IMG/VR virus record: IMGVR_UViG_3300036985_002657
Location: 1 to 64,000 of that record
DNA: 64,000 nucleotides
Reading direction: 5' to 3' (one strand)
Source: a virus
Made by a program: the position numbers and the translations under genes. A model generated the notes under the pieces. The model searched no databases, was not told the DNA's origin, and saw nothing but the letters and a program-made list of their open reading frames with translations. Of this stretch, positions 25,507 through 36,181 are shown piece after piece (positions within the stretch are counted from its first letter, which is position 1; every line of letters begins with the position of its first letter).

Positions 25507-26796
25507 TTACGGTCGGATCGTTTCGATGATGGCGGCTACGCCGATCGGCTTGATAGCTTGCAGGTCACTCCACAGCGCAGCATAGATCGCGGCGCGTGCG
25601 AAGTCCCAACCATCGTAGCAGGCAGGGTAGACCAGTGCGGCAGGGTCCGTCGAGGCACCGTCGTATGCGGGCGTCCCGCGTTGCTTGCCGGTGCTGGGAT
25701 CGCGGAAGTCAGACGGCCCACTGCCGGGGTCGTCGTAGGCGAACCCAACATCGAGGATCGTGAAGTCCTGCGGCACGATGACGAAGAACGCACCGCGATA
25801 CTCGACCTCGTCGAGATAGCGATTGCGGAACGGAGCGGGGTCGCGCGGGTCGTCGTAGACAAACACGCCCTGATCGTAGAGCGGATTCGCGGGCGGCACC
25901 GGCTGGTAGCTGATCGTGCCGATGTTAGGACTCGGCGCGTCGTAGCACTCCTGATAGCGGTGCTCCCAGACTTCGATGATGTCGAACGGGATGCCTGCGG
26001 GGGCGAGCCTGCGCTCAACGCCTCGGCGGATCGCGTCAGGACTGACCACGTCAGGCAGACTGCGCACGCGAACGCGCAACTGATCATCCGACTCTCCCGC
26101 TGCGCGAGCGACTTCGCGGTTCGCGCCGAGCCCGTCTAGGTCTGCGCTCTTGCCGAGGATCGTCGGAAACGAAATCTGCGCGACAGTGATGCTCGCGTCG
26201 CCGTAGACTGGATCGAGAATATATGTCTCGACGCTGTCGATCTCGCCCGTGAGCGTGATACCGCTCGAGGTAACAACCTCGCCCTGGACGTTGAACTCCC
26301 AGCCGGTTGCCTCGGCTTCGACAAGCCCGTTGACAGACAGCGCGACGTTGCTCAGGTACACGTCCTCGAGTAGCGCGAAGCGCCGGTTGTGGCGGCTGGC
26401 CTTGACGACAGTGCCCGCTTTGATCGTCACCGCCCCGCCCGCGACAGTCGGCCTCGAGAACTGAACAGGGATGATCGTTCGCGCGCCGCCTGTGGCGAAG
26501 ACGACGAACGAACTACACTCGAGCCTCCCGACTGCGGACGACAGGCGCGCGCCGAGCGCAGAGAACATCTGAAGGATCTCATACCCGGCGTTCTCCGACA
26601 GCTTCATCGGGGCCAGATAGTCGTACGGCAGCAGTCGATCGCACAGGTCGAGAAAGTGCTGCTGGTCGTACACGACGGCGTTACACGCCAACGCCGCGCC
26701 GCTGATCACGCCGAGTGTCGACGGGAACGCGGGCAGCATCCCGACTCCGCTGGTCGGTGCGCCGTACAGAAGTGTGAAGCTCAGCGAGACGGGCAT
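25507..26796 (-). CDS. Baseplate wedge protein, second gpJ-like paralog
   Basis: V.FSR...GAVTIKAGTVV...F...EDV, G..FNV..G.I, LD.LG.NR...R..GESDD.LR.R. Confidence 0.6.
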   Translation of the reverse strand: MPVSLSFTLLYGAPTSGVGMLPAFPSTLGVISGAALACNAVVYDQQHFLDLCDRLLPYDYLAPMKLSENAGYEILQMFSALGARLSSAVGRLECSSFVVFATGGARTIIPVQFSRPTVAGGAVTIKAGTVVKASRHNRRFALLEDVYLSNVALSVNGLVEAEATGWEFNVQGEVVTSSGITLTGEIDSVETYILDPVYGDASITVAQISFPTILGKSADLDGLGANREVARAAGESDDQLRVRVRSLPDVVSPDAIRRGVERRLAPAGIPFDIIEVWEHRYQECYDAPSPNIGTISYQPVPPANPLYDQGVFVYDDPRDPAPFRNRYLDEVEYRGAFFVIVPQDFTILDVGFAYDDPGSGPSDFRDPSTGKQRGTPAYDGASTDPAALVYPACYDGWDFARAAIYAALWSDLQAIKPIGVAAIIETIRP

Positions 26797-26805
26797 CTCA
26801 GTTCC

Positions 26806-27249
26806 TTACGGCGGTGGGATCGGATCGCCGCCACCACCGAGGGCTGCGAGTTCGTTGCCGGTCGTACTGAAGGCATAAGCGCGGAGCATCGGCGCGTCGG
26901 GCCAGACAGGGACACGGAGCACGGAGTACCGATACCCGCTCGTGATCGCGCTGCGTGTGCTGCTCTTTTCGTAGGCGACGGTGAACGCACTGCCGTCGTG
27001 AACAAGCTCAGTGAAACCAAGCCCTGCGAACTCCACACAGACGAGCGTGCGCAGATCGCCGAACAGCACGTCGAAGATGACAGGCGTCGTCGGGAGAACG
27101 GTCTGCTCGAGCGGGCCGACCAGTGTGAAGCTCGGAGTGATCACGACAGGCACGTTGTTCGTGTAGGCATCGAAGTAGTACGCGAGCGCCGAGGGCAGCA
27201 CCTCGGAGCCCAGGTCATTCGTCTGCACGACTGCGCCGATGTCAGCCAT
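26806..27249 (-). CDS. Hypothetical tail-module protein
   Basis: Tightly packed ORF in the operon. Confidence 0.6.
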   Translation of the reverse strand: MADIGAVVQTNDLGSEVLPSALAYYFDAYTNNVPVVITPSFTLVGPLEQTVLPTTPVIFDVLFGDLRTLVCVEFAGLGFTELVHDGSAFTVAYEKSSTRSAITSGYRYSVLRVPVWPDAPMLRAYAFSTTGNELAALGGGGDPIPPP

Positions 27250-27252
27250 CGA

Positions 27253-28281
27253 TCAACCGTGCGGCGAGGCAGTAGCCCCGTCCCAGAAGACGATCGACTG
27301 GTTGCCGCTGGCGAACTTCGCAAACGTCAGCGCAGAGAAGGTGCTGTACTGCGCGTGGGTCGTCATGCTGTAGCGGAACGACCGAGTCCAGCCCTTGCGC
27401 TCTTGATGCGCCGTCTCCTCTTTGATGATCAAGATGCGGTCAAGAAAGTATTTCGTCCCGGCCGAGTAACGGTCGAGCGCGATGGTATTTATGATCGACC
27501 CGGCGGTAGCGTACACGCTAATCGACCCAGAGCCGAACTGACTCCACGCGCCGTCCGCGCGGTATCCCCACCACGGGCCGCTCGTCCCGGTCGCCGAGTC
27601 CGTCTGCCATTCAGGAGCGAAGTCATACGACCCATAACTCCCGGTCGCGGAGGTCGCGCACTGGAACGCATACGGCTCTGGGTCCACGCCCTGCGTGGTG
27701 CAGTAGGGGTCGAGGATGGCGCACTTGAGCGAGTGCGCCCAAGTGTTCGCGCTGTAGGCGGGGCTGCTGCCGAAGATGAAAAACGATCCGCCGTCAGAGC
27801 CAGCTACGTCCTTGACTCCGATCTGAAGCACCCCAATCGTCTGTCCCGCGCCGCCCATCCAGGCTGCCCAAGCCGCCCCACTTCCGCGCAGGTAGCCTGC
27901 GGTCGCAGGGATAGTGCCGGGGTTCGTCGCGGTCATACCCGCGCTCAGCGCGAACTGGTCCGTGCTCTTGGCGATGATGATCTTACCGTTCCAGTTATCT
28001 GTGGTCTGACGCCACAGCACTATCTCAAACCCTAGCGTCGGGTTCCGCAGGCAGCACCATGCGCTCGGGGCCGCCGCCCCTCCCACCGGGTTCAGGCTTG
28101 TCCAGTAGTCCGTGCCCGATCCCGGCGTGATCGAGCCGACAGACGACCCGGCAAAGCTGACTCCGTCGCCGCACGCTTTGAGCTCGTAACCCGCGGCCAT
28201 CAGCTCCGTGCCGAGCTTCCAGATGGCCCACCAGGCATGGGTCTGGGCTGGCGCATAGTTCGTTAGGAATCGATCAGCCAT
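27253..28281 (-). CDS. Putative tail-associated structural protein
   Basis: Gly/Ser/aromatic-rich ORF between baseplate genes. Confidence 0.6.
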   Translation of the reverse strand: MADRFLTNYAPAQTHAWWAIWKLGTELMAAGYELKACGDGVSFAGSSVGSITPGSGTDYWTSLNPVGGAAAPSAWCCLRNPTLGFEIVLWRQTTDNWNGKIIIAKSTDQFALSAGMTATNPGTIPATAGYLRGSGAAWAAWMGGAGQTIGVLQIGVKDVAGSDGGSFFIFGSSPAYSANTWAHSLKCAILDPYCTTQGVDPEPYAFQCATSATGSYGSYDFAPEWQTDSATGTSGPWWGYRADGAWSQFGSGSISVYATAGSIINTIALDRYSAGTKYFLDRILIIKEETAHQERKGWTRSFRYSMTTHAQYSTFSALTFAKFASGNQSIVFWDGATASPHG

Positions 28282-29480
28282 CAGACACCATCCGGGTTCG
28301 CGGAGCCTTGGAGCGCGCGGTCAGGCTGCATGGTAGACGCGACAACCATCCCGAGCGAGGTGCGCAGAACTTGCAGCGTCTCGGCCAGGACATCGCCGGG
28401 CGGCGAGAGCACTTCCCCGCCTCCGACGATCAGGCCAGGCACGACCTGCAATCCAGCGATGATCGCCGCCGTCGTAAGAGCTTCGCCAGGCGACAGCGCG
28501 TTGACAATCTGCACGACGCGGCTGCGCGCCTGAAGTGCGACCGAGTCCGCGTCGACTCCGGCTTGGAACGACAGGCCGAGGATCACAGGCTGCATCACAA
28601 CCTGCGCAACCATCACGTCGATATAGATCCCGATCGGGCGCGTGTCGCTAAGATTGCTGAACACCTGCGCCGCGAGAAGCTGACTCTGCGCCTGATAGGT
28701 GGCAGGCGTCGGCGTGACGTTCACCAGATCGCTCGTGAACGGATCGGAGATCACAAGCTGCGCCGCCTTCACAGGCCGCCCAAAGGCATCGACATACTCG
28801 AAGGTCTGCGCAGACTGGACACCGTTGGACTCGAGCGCAGCCGAGCGAACTGCCGCCGCCGTCCCACGCCGCACCGACCCGAAGAACAGCCGAGCGCGCG
28901 CACGATAGTTGTCGTCGCCCTCCTCATCTGCGCCGCCCGCAGTCGCCGTGAGATTCGTCACAGTGAGATCGGCAGGAGCGCCCGTGATGGTGTCGCGCAG
29001 TGACGTGATCGTGCCGATGGCGGCTTGCTGGCTCGCGCCCGCGAGTACCGACTGCACGGCAGCGTAAACCGGGCCGGTCGCGCCATAGGCAAACGTGGCG
29101 GATTGCGTGGTGACGAACTGCTTTCCATCCGGCGTCGAGAGCTTGGCTCCCTTCGGGATAGCGAACGCTGCGGCTGCGGGCACGGTTGTTCGGAACGCCA
29201 CTGATCCGAACGAAGGCGACGCAGACTTGCGCGGCATATTGAGCCGGTCGAACACGAGCCGGTCGAGCTGATCTCCTCGAGCGGAGTCGAGGAACAGCCC
29301 CGCTGCTACGCGCGTGAGTTGCCCCGTGACCTCGTCAGCCATCGCCGCGCCCGCAGCGACCATCACGTTCGCGTCGCTGCCTGGGCGCTCGATCACCTCG
29401 AGAGTCAGGCGCGAGTTCCTGGCGAGGATCTCATCGCGTGCGATCCGAAAGAAGTCTTGGAACGTCGGAAGATCAGCCAC
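28281..29480 (-). CDS. Baseplate J / Mu gp47-like wedge protein
   Basis: GS.A..., LF.DSA.G.QLD.L, RK.A....G.V.F, IP.G, V.N....AGGADEE.D..YRAR, RGT..A. Confidence 0.85.
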   Translation of the reverse strand: MADLPTFQDFFRIARDEILARNSRLTLEVIERPGSDANVMVAAGAAMADEVTGQLTRVAAGLFLDSARGDQLDRLVFDRLNMPRKSASPSFGSVAFRTTVPAAAAFAIPKGAKLSTPDGKQFVTTQSATFAYGATGPVYAAVQSVLAGASQQAAIGTITSLRDTITGAPADLTVTNLTATAGGADEEGDDNYRARARLFFGSVRRGTAAAVRSAALESNGVQSAQTFEYVDAFGRPVKAAQLVISDPFTSDLVNVTPTPATYQAQSQLLAAQVFSNLSDTRPIGIYIDVMVAQVVMQPVILGLSFQAGVDADSVALQARSRVVQIVNALSPGEALTTAAIIAGLQVVPGLIVGGGEVLSPPGDVLAETLQVLRTSLGMVVASTMQPDRALQGSANPDGV

Positions 29481-29487
29481 GAGAACC

Positions 29488-30270
29488 TCAGAGATTGACG
29501 AGCGTTGTCGGGAGCTCGAAGCTCACAGTCACAGCCGCTTGTGTCTTCGTCAGGATTGCGCGAACGGTAACAGTTAGCACGCCGCTCGTCGCCATCGCGA
29601 TGCCGACGGTTGCGGAATCGACTTCCGGCTCGTTGAGTGTCTGCATCTGGATCTCGGTTCGCAGCTTGACGAGATCAGGAGTTCGCATCGGCTCTTTGAG
29701 CTTGAGCCCGATGCCGTAGTTCGGCAGGTGAAAGAACTCCCCACGCGCGCTCATCAGTCGCCGGAAGATCAGCTTGCGCAGAAGGTCCGCGCCGCTGACT
29801 TCCTCGTAGTCGCCACTGCTCCCGACGTGGATCGTTCCGGCTGCCGCCGTCTCGTTGCCGAACGGCGGATTGCTGATGTCGATCGTCTGCGCGCTCTGCT
29901 GCGGTGTCTGGTAGAACACACCCGAGAAGGTGGCGCTGACTGGTAGGCTGATCAGCCTGCCGTCGAGTGCGCGGAGGAACGGCGCGGAGACTGTGAGCGT
30001 CTCGGGGTACGCGGGCAGCTTGCTCATCAGGAACAGTTCGACCTCGTCACCGAGGCTGACAACCATCGCCGCTTCGACGAGCACGGTTGACCCGTCCGCG
30101 CGAGTGACCGTCCACGTCGTCGGATCTTGCGCTATCGCCAGAGCGACTGACCGCGACAGCACGACACGCACACCGCGCGCGCTGGTGGCGTAGGCGCGCG
30201 TCATCGAGAGCTCGGCAGGGACACTGAACCCCCACGCGCTCGAGCCCCACGCTCCGGTTCCCCAGCCCAT
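29488..30270 (-). CDS. Baseplate gp25/gpW-like wedge protein with N-terminal Ig-like extension
   Basis: GD...VSG...LR..I.RRL....GEF.H.PNYG.GL...I..Q...EP.V. Confidence 0.75.
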   Translation of the reverse strand: MGWGTGAWGSSAWGFSVPAELSMTRAYATSARGVRVVLSRSVALAIAQDPTTWTVTRADGSTVLVEAAMVVSLGDEVELFLMSKLPAYPETLTVSAPFLRALDGRLISLPVSATFSGVFYQTPQQSAQTIDISNPPFGNETAAAGTIHVGSSGDYEEVSGADLLRKLIFRRLMSARGEFFHLPNYGIGLKLKEPMRTPDLVKLRTEIQMQTLNEPEVDSATVGIAMATSGVLTVTVRAILTKTQAAVTVSFELPTTLVNL

Positions 30271-30509
30271 CAGACGATGACTCCGATGCCTGCGCCCGGT
30301 CCCGAGACACCGATGCCGGGCGAGACAAGCGACACACTGGCGACCGTGACCGTGACCTGCGCGGTTAGCGTGATATGCGCGACGATCGCGTTCCCGATTG
30401 CGTGCCAGATCGCGGTACGCTGCTCTGGCGATGCAGCTTGTGAGCCTGCCACAGCAGAGTCGATCGCGGCGAGAATCTGCTCGCCGAGCAGGATACCATT
30501 CATCGCCAT
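30270..30509 (-). CDS. Small baseplate or spike-associated protein
   Basis: MAMNG..LG..I...W.AIG.AIV.HI...A.V; coupled to the spike gene. Confidence 0.6.
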   Translation of the reverse strand: MAMNGILLGEQILAAIDSAVAGSQAASPEQRTAIWHAIGNAIVAHITLTAQVTVTVASVSLVSPGIGVSGPGAGIGVIV

Positions 30510-31138
30510 CAGGTTTTCCTCGCCATCACTCGAGAGCTCGCGTTCCCGAGAGCTCCGTACGTCAGACCCGTAAATGGGTCGATTCCCTGCGCCACCACCA
30601 CACCGTCCATGAGCGGCTGCATCGTAGCACCGCTGCCGAGATAGACATTCCCTGCGCCAGCGATCTCGATGACGTAAGAGCCGTCGCCCTCCACCTTCAC
30701 GTCGACACCATCGCCACCGCCCGAGGTGCGCAGCTTGAACTTCTGCCCTGGCTTGACGCGCAGGATGCGATCGGCAGTCGGTGCTTCGGTGTCGGTGGCA
30801 GAGCGCATCTCGGCGTAGGGCTTGTCGCCCGCGTTCCACGCACGACTCACAACCCAAGGACCGCCAGCGGCGTCCCCGTCAGGCACAGCGACAAGCACGG
30901 TATCGTTGAGCTCGAGCCCACACCAGTCGCCGAACTCCGCACCCGCGTAGTTGGACCCGATGAGACACGTCTCGGTGACGCCTGAAGGCTGGAACGTCAC
31001 GTCAGCGAACGCCCCGTGCGCCTCATCGAACCCGAGTTCCGTGACGACTGCGAGCGTGAGCCACACGCGCGGGTCGATGCCGGGGCGCGAGACTGCGCTC
31101 GAGAGTGCGCCCACGTCTGTTGAACCACGCACGGACAT
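30509..31138 (-). CDS. Baseplate spike (gpV/gp5-like OB-fold)
   Basis: AVVTE.....G...DV.F.P.G, YAG..FG....L..ND.VLVA.PDGD...G..V; position after the hub gene. Confidence 0.65.
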   Translation of the reverse strand: MSVRGSTDVGALSSAVSRPGIDPRVWLTLAVVTELGFDEAHGAFADVTFQPSGVTETCLIGSNYAGAEFGDWCGLELNDTVLVAVPDGDAAGGPWVVSRAWNAGDKPYAEMRSATDTEAPTADRILRVKPGQKFKLRTSGGGDGVDVKVEGDGSYVIEIAGAGNVYLGSGATMQPLMDGVVVAQGIDPFTGLTYGALGNASSRVMARKT

Positions 31139-33057
31139 CAGCGGCTCCCTCGTCTCGGGCCGAACGGCCCACCTAGTATCCCGATCGCTGGCGGTGTGCG
31201 ATGCGCTGGTGCCCACTCCGTCTCTCCGGGCGAGAGCCGTACACCCGTGATCGAGATCGGTTCAAGCGCCTGCACAGTCCCGCCCGAGTAGACCGTCACG
31301 ACACGCCGCCGCCGTCGCGGGTTCGCACCCGACGTAGACGCCGCGCCTGTCGCCGTCGCAGCCTGCGGCGCAGTGCCGAAGATCGGGATAACGTAGTTCT
31401 GAAAGTCGAAGTCGATACCGATCCCGGCGTCACACGACCATGTAAACTTGACATTCTGCACACGGAAGAACGCAGGTATCTCTTGGATCGCGCCACGACT
31501 TGTCGCCACGATGACGCGCGCTAGATTCTCGTCGCCGATGCGCGCCGCGATCAAAGCAACCTGCTCCTCGAAGCCGTTGCGAAGATGGTCCGTCAACGCG
31601 GAGATCAGCGGCGTTTGGATCGTCATGTTCGTCGTGTCCACGAGGAACTCGACACCATCGCCGGGCTTGAGTCGAAGCAGATCGGGGTCGGTGTTATCTC
31701 CACCGAAGCTCGCCAGGTTCTTCGTGCTGCACTGGCCGCCGATCTCGCGGCGTGCAATCTCCTCGTATGCGCCATGCGCAAGTTCGGTGAGCCGCTCGAC
31801 ACTGTTCGTGCCGGGGAAGAACAGCGGCAGGATGCTCTCCTGCGTGTCGGGCTTCGTTGCCGATGCCGTCTGCCTGCGCGCAGCCGTGTCGTCTTTGGGC
31901 GGCCATCTCCCCTCGAGCATCCTGCGATCTCCGCGCGAGTCGGAGTTCGAGTCGATCGAACGCGCCACGACAGTCTGCGGCTTAGCAAGCCCGGCCATCT
32001 TTCGGTCGAAGCTGATCGACTTGACATCGCGCCCATACGCGAGCCGCCGATACGCGAGCGGCGGTGTGATCGGAGTGCCCGCCTCAACATCGTGCGCGCG
32101 AACAGCCCCACCCGCGAATGGTGCCGGGTTCATGGGATTGCCAGCGTCTTGCTGATCATAGATGGTGCGCTGCGGGCGAATCCGAAGATCGAGCCCCTGA
32201 AAGTACGGCACTGCTGCGACTAGGTAGCAGAGCCGAACGATCATATCCCAGAAGTTGACTGTGCCGCCTGCCGATGGCGGTGTCGCTCTCCCGCCCGTGC
32301 GCCGTCCTCGAGCGCCCTGTCGGTGGCGAGGAACCGTCGCCGTCGCGCCAACTGCCGGGATGATTCCGTTCGGCCACTCCGCAGGATTGACGCGGATCAC
32401 GAAATCGCTGAACAGCGGATTGACGGCGAGCAGCGTGCCGATGAGCGTGTCGATCGGGAGGCTCAAGTCCAAACCTTCCATGATGCTTGCGGCGAGCTTG
32501 GGATCGTTCGTCAACGGCGTGTCCAGTAGGATGCCGCGCATATCGCGGCCCTTGATCGACACGATAGAACTGCTGTCGTCGTGCTGGACGTTCCACTCAT
32601 CCACAGTGCCGACCATCAACAGCGTGTCGGGGTTCGGCTCGTTGTCCGCAGTGCGAGTCCGCAGGATCGAAGGACGCCAGCCGTCGACTGCTGGCCCAAC
32701 CATCCCTTCCGCGAAGTCATCATCGGAGATCGCCCCGAGGTGTACGTCCACGGCAGCGGCGCGAACGGTGCGTGGGTCGATCGGCAGATCACGGAAGGGC
32801 AGATCAAACGAGAACTGCCCCGCCTGTCTGTAGCCGGGCAGTTCGATGTTCGCCTTGATCGGAACTCGCCCGAGGATGAACGACGCAGTCGGATGCCCGG
32901 CAGCGTCATGCTGCGGTGCGATGAGCGGGACAGGCCCAACTGCCACGTCGGGCACACCCGTCGTGGGCAGCGGCGGGCCGAGCGTGCGAACGTGCAACGA
33001 CTCGTCGAACACGAGGCGTAGGTTCACCACGCAGGACGGGCGGTACGCGCCGCTCAT
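31138..33057 (-). CDS. Baseplate hub (gpD/gp27-like)
   Basis: G.VDEW....V.I.GRD.RG.LLD, WD.I..LC.....V.YF....L.I, YGRDV..I.F.R; synteny. Confidence 0.65.
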   Translation of the reverse strand: MSGAYRPSCVVNLRLVFDESLHVRTLGPPLPTTGVPDVAVGPVPLIAPQHDAAGHPTASFILGRVPIKANIELPGYRQAGQFSFDLPFRDLPIDPRTVRAAAVDVHLGAISDDDFAEGMVGPAVDGWRPSILRTRTADNEPNPDTLLMVGTVDEWNVQHDDSSSIVSIKGRDMRGILLDTPLTNDPKLAASIMEGLDLSLPIDTLIGTLLAVNPLFSDFVIRVNPAEWPNGIIPAVGATATVPRHRQGARGRRTGGRATPPSAGGTVNFWDMIVRLCYLVAAVPYFQGLDLRIRPQRTIYDQQDAGNPMNPAPFAGGAVRAHDVEAGTPITPPLAYRRLAYGRDVKSISFDRKMAGLAKPQTVVARSIDSNSDSRGDRRMLEGRWPPKDDTAARRQTASATKPDTQESILPLFFPGTNSVERLTELAHGAYEEIARREIGGQCSTKNLASFGGDNTDPDLLRLKPGDGVEFLVDTTNMTIQTPLISALTDHLRNGFEEQVALIAARIGDENLARVIVATSRGAIQEIPAFFRVQNVKFTWSCDAGIGIDFDFQNYVIPIFGTAPQAATATGAASTSGANPRRRRRVVTVYSGGTVQALEPISITGVRLSPGETEWAPAHRTPPAIGILGGPFGPRRGSR

Positions 33058-34211
33058 CAGAACCCTACCGAGCCTGCGTGCGGCTCACGCTGCGGGCCAG
33101 ACTGCCGAGGCACCATCACTACCTGCCCGGCGGACAACTGCGGTCCACTAAGGTCGTTGAAGATCATCAGCGGACGCCAGTCGAACGGCGAGCCGTAGTA
33201 CAACTGGCTGACGGTGCGAAGATCATCACCCATCTTCGCCGTGTAGACTGCGAGCAGATCACTGTCGATCTGCTTGAGGAACTGCGCGCGGCGCGCGACA
33301 GCCACCCGCTGTAGCTTGCGCGAGTTCTGCATGATGCGGCGGAAGTACCACCCGTCGGCCAGGCGTTTCTGAAAGCTCTGGTTCGCAAGCGGCGTGACGA
33401 AATCGAACGCCCCATCGACTTGCGACGTTGCGAAATCGATCAAGTCTTCGGCGGCTCCGATGACGCGCGTGCAGAGACTCGTGATCCGCGCGATGACTGC
33501 GAAGGGCGTGTTGACGAGCTTGACGCCAGTCGCCACCGCACTGAGCACCTCGTTCACTAGCCCGTCGATGGTGTCGAGCAGCGAGAGCAGATCGAACTGA
33601 AACTCGGGGCTCGTCGGGATGGCGAGCTCGTTCACCGCGTCGCGCAAGTCCTCGTTCGCAGCGGAGATCGCTGACGCGGCACGACGCGGACTCTCCTGCT
33701 CGACAACGGCGGGCACGACTGCCTGCCCGCGAGAGATCCACGAGAACCCTAGAGTCCAGTCGAGATCGTGAAAGTTCTGCCAAGACTTCTCGAACTCGGT
33801 GATATGCCCATGCCGAACCTGCTCATCCCACGTCACTTGGAGCATCTGTCCCGCGCGCACAATGTCATCGACGATCGTCACAGCCTCGCGGACTGTCCCG
33901 ATAGGAATGTCATCGAGCGTGATCGGGTAGACTGCACCAGACGCGAGCGACTCAATGCTCGCGCCCTCCGACGAAATGAACTTGTCCTTCCACGCGCCGT
34001 GAATCGTGGTCGGTTCCTCGGTCGCGCCGAGTATGGTTGACGTGGCGATCGGATTGCCGGGATACCAGTTGATCTCAACACGCTGCTTCGTGGTGAGCGT
34101 GAACGGGCGATACGGTAGCCCGCGCCCGACAAGGCGCAGCTTGCGTTTCTGCCCCGTCGTCTCCTCGATGACGAACGCCCCGGCGGGCGCTTGCGCAGTA
34201 GTCCACGACAT
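33057..34211 (-). CDS. Tail tube initiator / baseplate protein with C-terminal LysM-like domain
   Basis: Follows the tape measure gene; YTAKMGDDLR.VS..YYG....W..L..FN.L....L.AGQ.V.VP. Confidence 0.7.
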   Translation of the reverse strand: MSWTTAQAPAGAFVIEETTGQKRKLRLVGRGLPYRPFTLTTKQRVEINWYPGNPIATSTILGATEEPTTIHGAWKDKFISSEGASIESLASGAVYPITLDDIPIGTVREAVTIVDDIVRAGQMLQVTWDEQVRHGHITEFEKSWQNFHDLDWTLGFSWISRGQAVVPAVVEQESPRRAASAISAANEDLRDAVNELAIPTSPEFQFDLLSLLDTIDGLVNEVLSAVATGVKLVNTPFAVIARITSLCTRVIGAAEDLIDFATSQVDGAFDFVTPLANQSFQKRLADGWYFRRIMQNSRKLQRVAVARRAQFLKQIDSDLLAVYTAKMGDDLRTVSQLYYGSPFDWRPLMIFNDLSGPQLSAGQVVMVPRQSGPQREPHAGSVGF

Positions 34212-36178
34212 CAGCGGACTCCGAATATCGGCTCGAGGCCGGATTGTAGACGACGCTCACCCAACCTACCGAGGTCGGTGGCAAAGGCTGCTGCGATGCG
34301 ATCGGGATCGAAGCCTTCCTCGAACTTCTGTTGAATCGAGAACCGGCTGTTGCGGAAGTCCTGCGTGACTCCCCCGCCACGCCCGCCAGGAGTCGGGCGC
34401 GCTGCCGCGCCCGCCGCTACGCTGTCGCCGATGGCTGCGCCGCCCGCACCTTCGAGACTCGCCGTGAAGCCGTCGAGCATGGCGCGCATCGACCGCGTTG
34501 ACTCGGACTCCGGTGCGCCGCCAGCCATCCACGGTGTCATCGCAGTAGCAGCGCGCCCCAACAGGTCGCCGATGAACACCATGAACTGCCCAAGGGCATC
34601 CATGATCATTCCGAACCCGCCGATGAGCGCGTTGATCACAGGCATGAGAAGCCGCGTTCCGATGTCATAGATCCCGAGGAACAGCCCACCGACGAGTCGA
34701 ATGACAGGCGCGAGGATCGACCCGATACCGTGGACAACCGATCCGATCCCGCGCCCAAGCATCGCCAGTCCGGGGCTGAGCGTAGACGATATGCGATCCA
34801 CGATCGTCATCGCATAGGCGTAGAAGTTGAGCAGCGCGGTCGCTACCGCCGATACGCCGCCCATCAGTCCGGGCATGACACCCGAGATGAACCCGCCGAG
34901 CAGGTTGCCGAGCGATGAGAACGCGCCGACAGCCGCACCGATGAACGAGATGAGCGGTGTCACCATCTGCGACATCTGCGCCAGCGTTGCACTCACCGCT
35001 TCGGTGTTCGTGAGAAAGTTAGCGAAACCCATCGTCAGCGGAATGAGCACCGCGCCGAGCGGCCCAAAGATGGCGAGCTCTGCTGACGCGAGCCCGCTGA
35101 CCGCGACGCCTGCGCCGACGGTGCTGGCGGCGGTCCCGACAAGCCCCGCGCCGCCGTGCCGCGCAGCGAGCCCCTCACCCAGCTTGACCGCTGCGCCGCC
35201 GATTCGATCCAGCATCGCCACAACGGGGCTGTTAGCGAGCGAGTGCAGCCACGCCGTCGTGTGCGAAGTGAGCTCCTTCAACGCGGTAGCGATCGACTCG
35301 AGCGCCCCGCCGAGCACCGTCCCGATAGTCCCACCGATGTTGATCAGCGTCGTCGAGAACGTGGTCAGGTTGCCGTCCGCGTCAGCGAACAACGAGTTCA
35401 CGGTGTTGAGCGCGTTGCGCACACCGTCGAATATCTTGGCGGTCGAGAGGCGGGAAATCTTCGCTACGATGGACGCGAACGCGCCCGAGACTGCCGACCA
35501 TGTATTCGACGATGCGTGGATCATATCGCCGTACTGACCGACGAGTGCCTGCATGATCTCGACACGTTTCTCGAGCTTCATCTTGTTGAATGTGTCGGCA
35601 GTCACAGACGACAGCCCCGGCAACTGCTTCATCGAGTTCAACAGTTGCATCGTGTAGTCGTTGCCCATCTCGAGCATACCGCGCTGCGTGTTGACAGCGC
35701 GCGTGAGCTGTTGCGCCGTCTCCATGCTGTTGCGCCCGAGCGACGCACCGATTGCGGTCATGTTCTTGATCAGGTCGAACGACACCCGGTAACTGCCCGT
35801 CGCGCGCATCACGTCCGCGCCCGCCATCTGCAACGAAGTCTGATAGTCCTCGGCTTCACCAGGCAACGCGGCGGCAGCGGTGTTGATCGCGTCCATCGTT
35901 GCGTCGGCGGACTGAAGTGCCTCGTTGAAGTTCGCGCCTCCGCGCCCCATGAACCTCATGGTCTGCGCCATCTGGATACGCAGGTCTTCGTACTTCGATC
36001 CAGTCTGAACGATGCCCGCGAGCGCGCCGCCTGCTCCGATAGCAGTCATCGCCAGCGCCATCGGATTGATCATGCTGGTGAGTCTCCCAACCACGCCAGT
36101 CATGCCCGAGAAGGCAGAGGCGAGTTGAGAGACTCCCTGTTCGGAGAACTTGTACTTGACTTCCTCTTGAATCGCCAT
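34211..36178 (-). CDS. Tape measure protein
   Basis: Long Ala/Gly-rich helical protein with hydrophobic stretches, after the tube and chaperone genes. Confidence 0.8.
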   Translation of the reverse strand: MAIQEEVKYKFSEQGVSQLASAFSGMTGVVGRLTSMINPMALAMTAIGAGGALAGIVQTGSKYEDLRIQMAQTMRFMGRGGANFNEALQSADATMDAINTAAAALPGEAEDYQTSLQMAGADVMRATGSYRVSFDLIKNMTAIGASLGRNSMETAQQLTRAVNTQRGMLEMGNDYTMQLLNSMKQLPGLSSVTADTFNKMKLEKRVEIMQALVGQYGDMIHASSNTWSAVSGAFASIVAKISRLSTAKIFDGVRNALNTVNSLFADADGNLTTFSTTLINIGGTIGTVLGGALESIATALKELTSHTTAWLHSLANSPVVAMLDRIGGAAVKLGEGLAARHGGAGLVGTAASTVGAGVAVSGLASAELAIFGPLGAVLIPLTMGFANFLTNTEAVSATLAQMSQMVTPLISFIGAAVGAFSSLGNLLGGFISGVMPGLMGGVSAVATALLNFYAYAMTIVDRISSTLSPGLAMLGRGIGSVVHGIGSILAPVIRLVGGLFLGIYDIGTRLLMPVINALIGGFGMIMDALGQFMVFIGDLLGRAATAMTPWMAGGAPESESTRSMRAMLDGFTASLEGAGGAAIGDSVAAGAAARPTPGGRGGGVTQDFRNSRFSIQQKFEEGFDPDRIAAAFATDLGRLGERRLQSGLEPIFGVR

Positions 36179-36181
36179 CGG

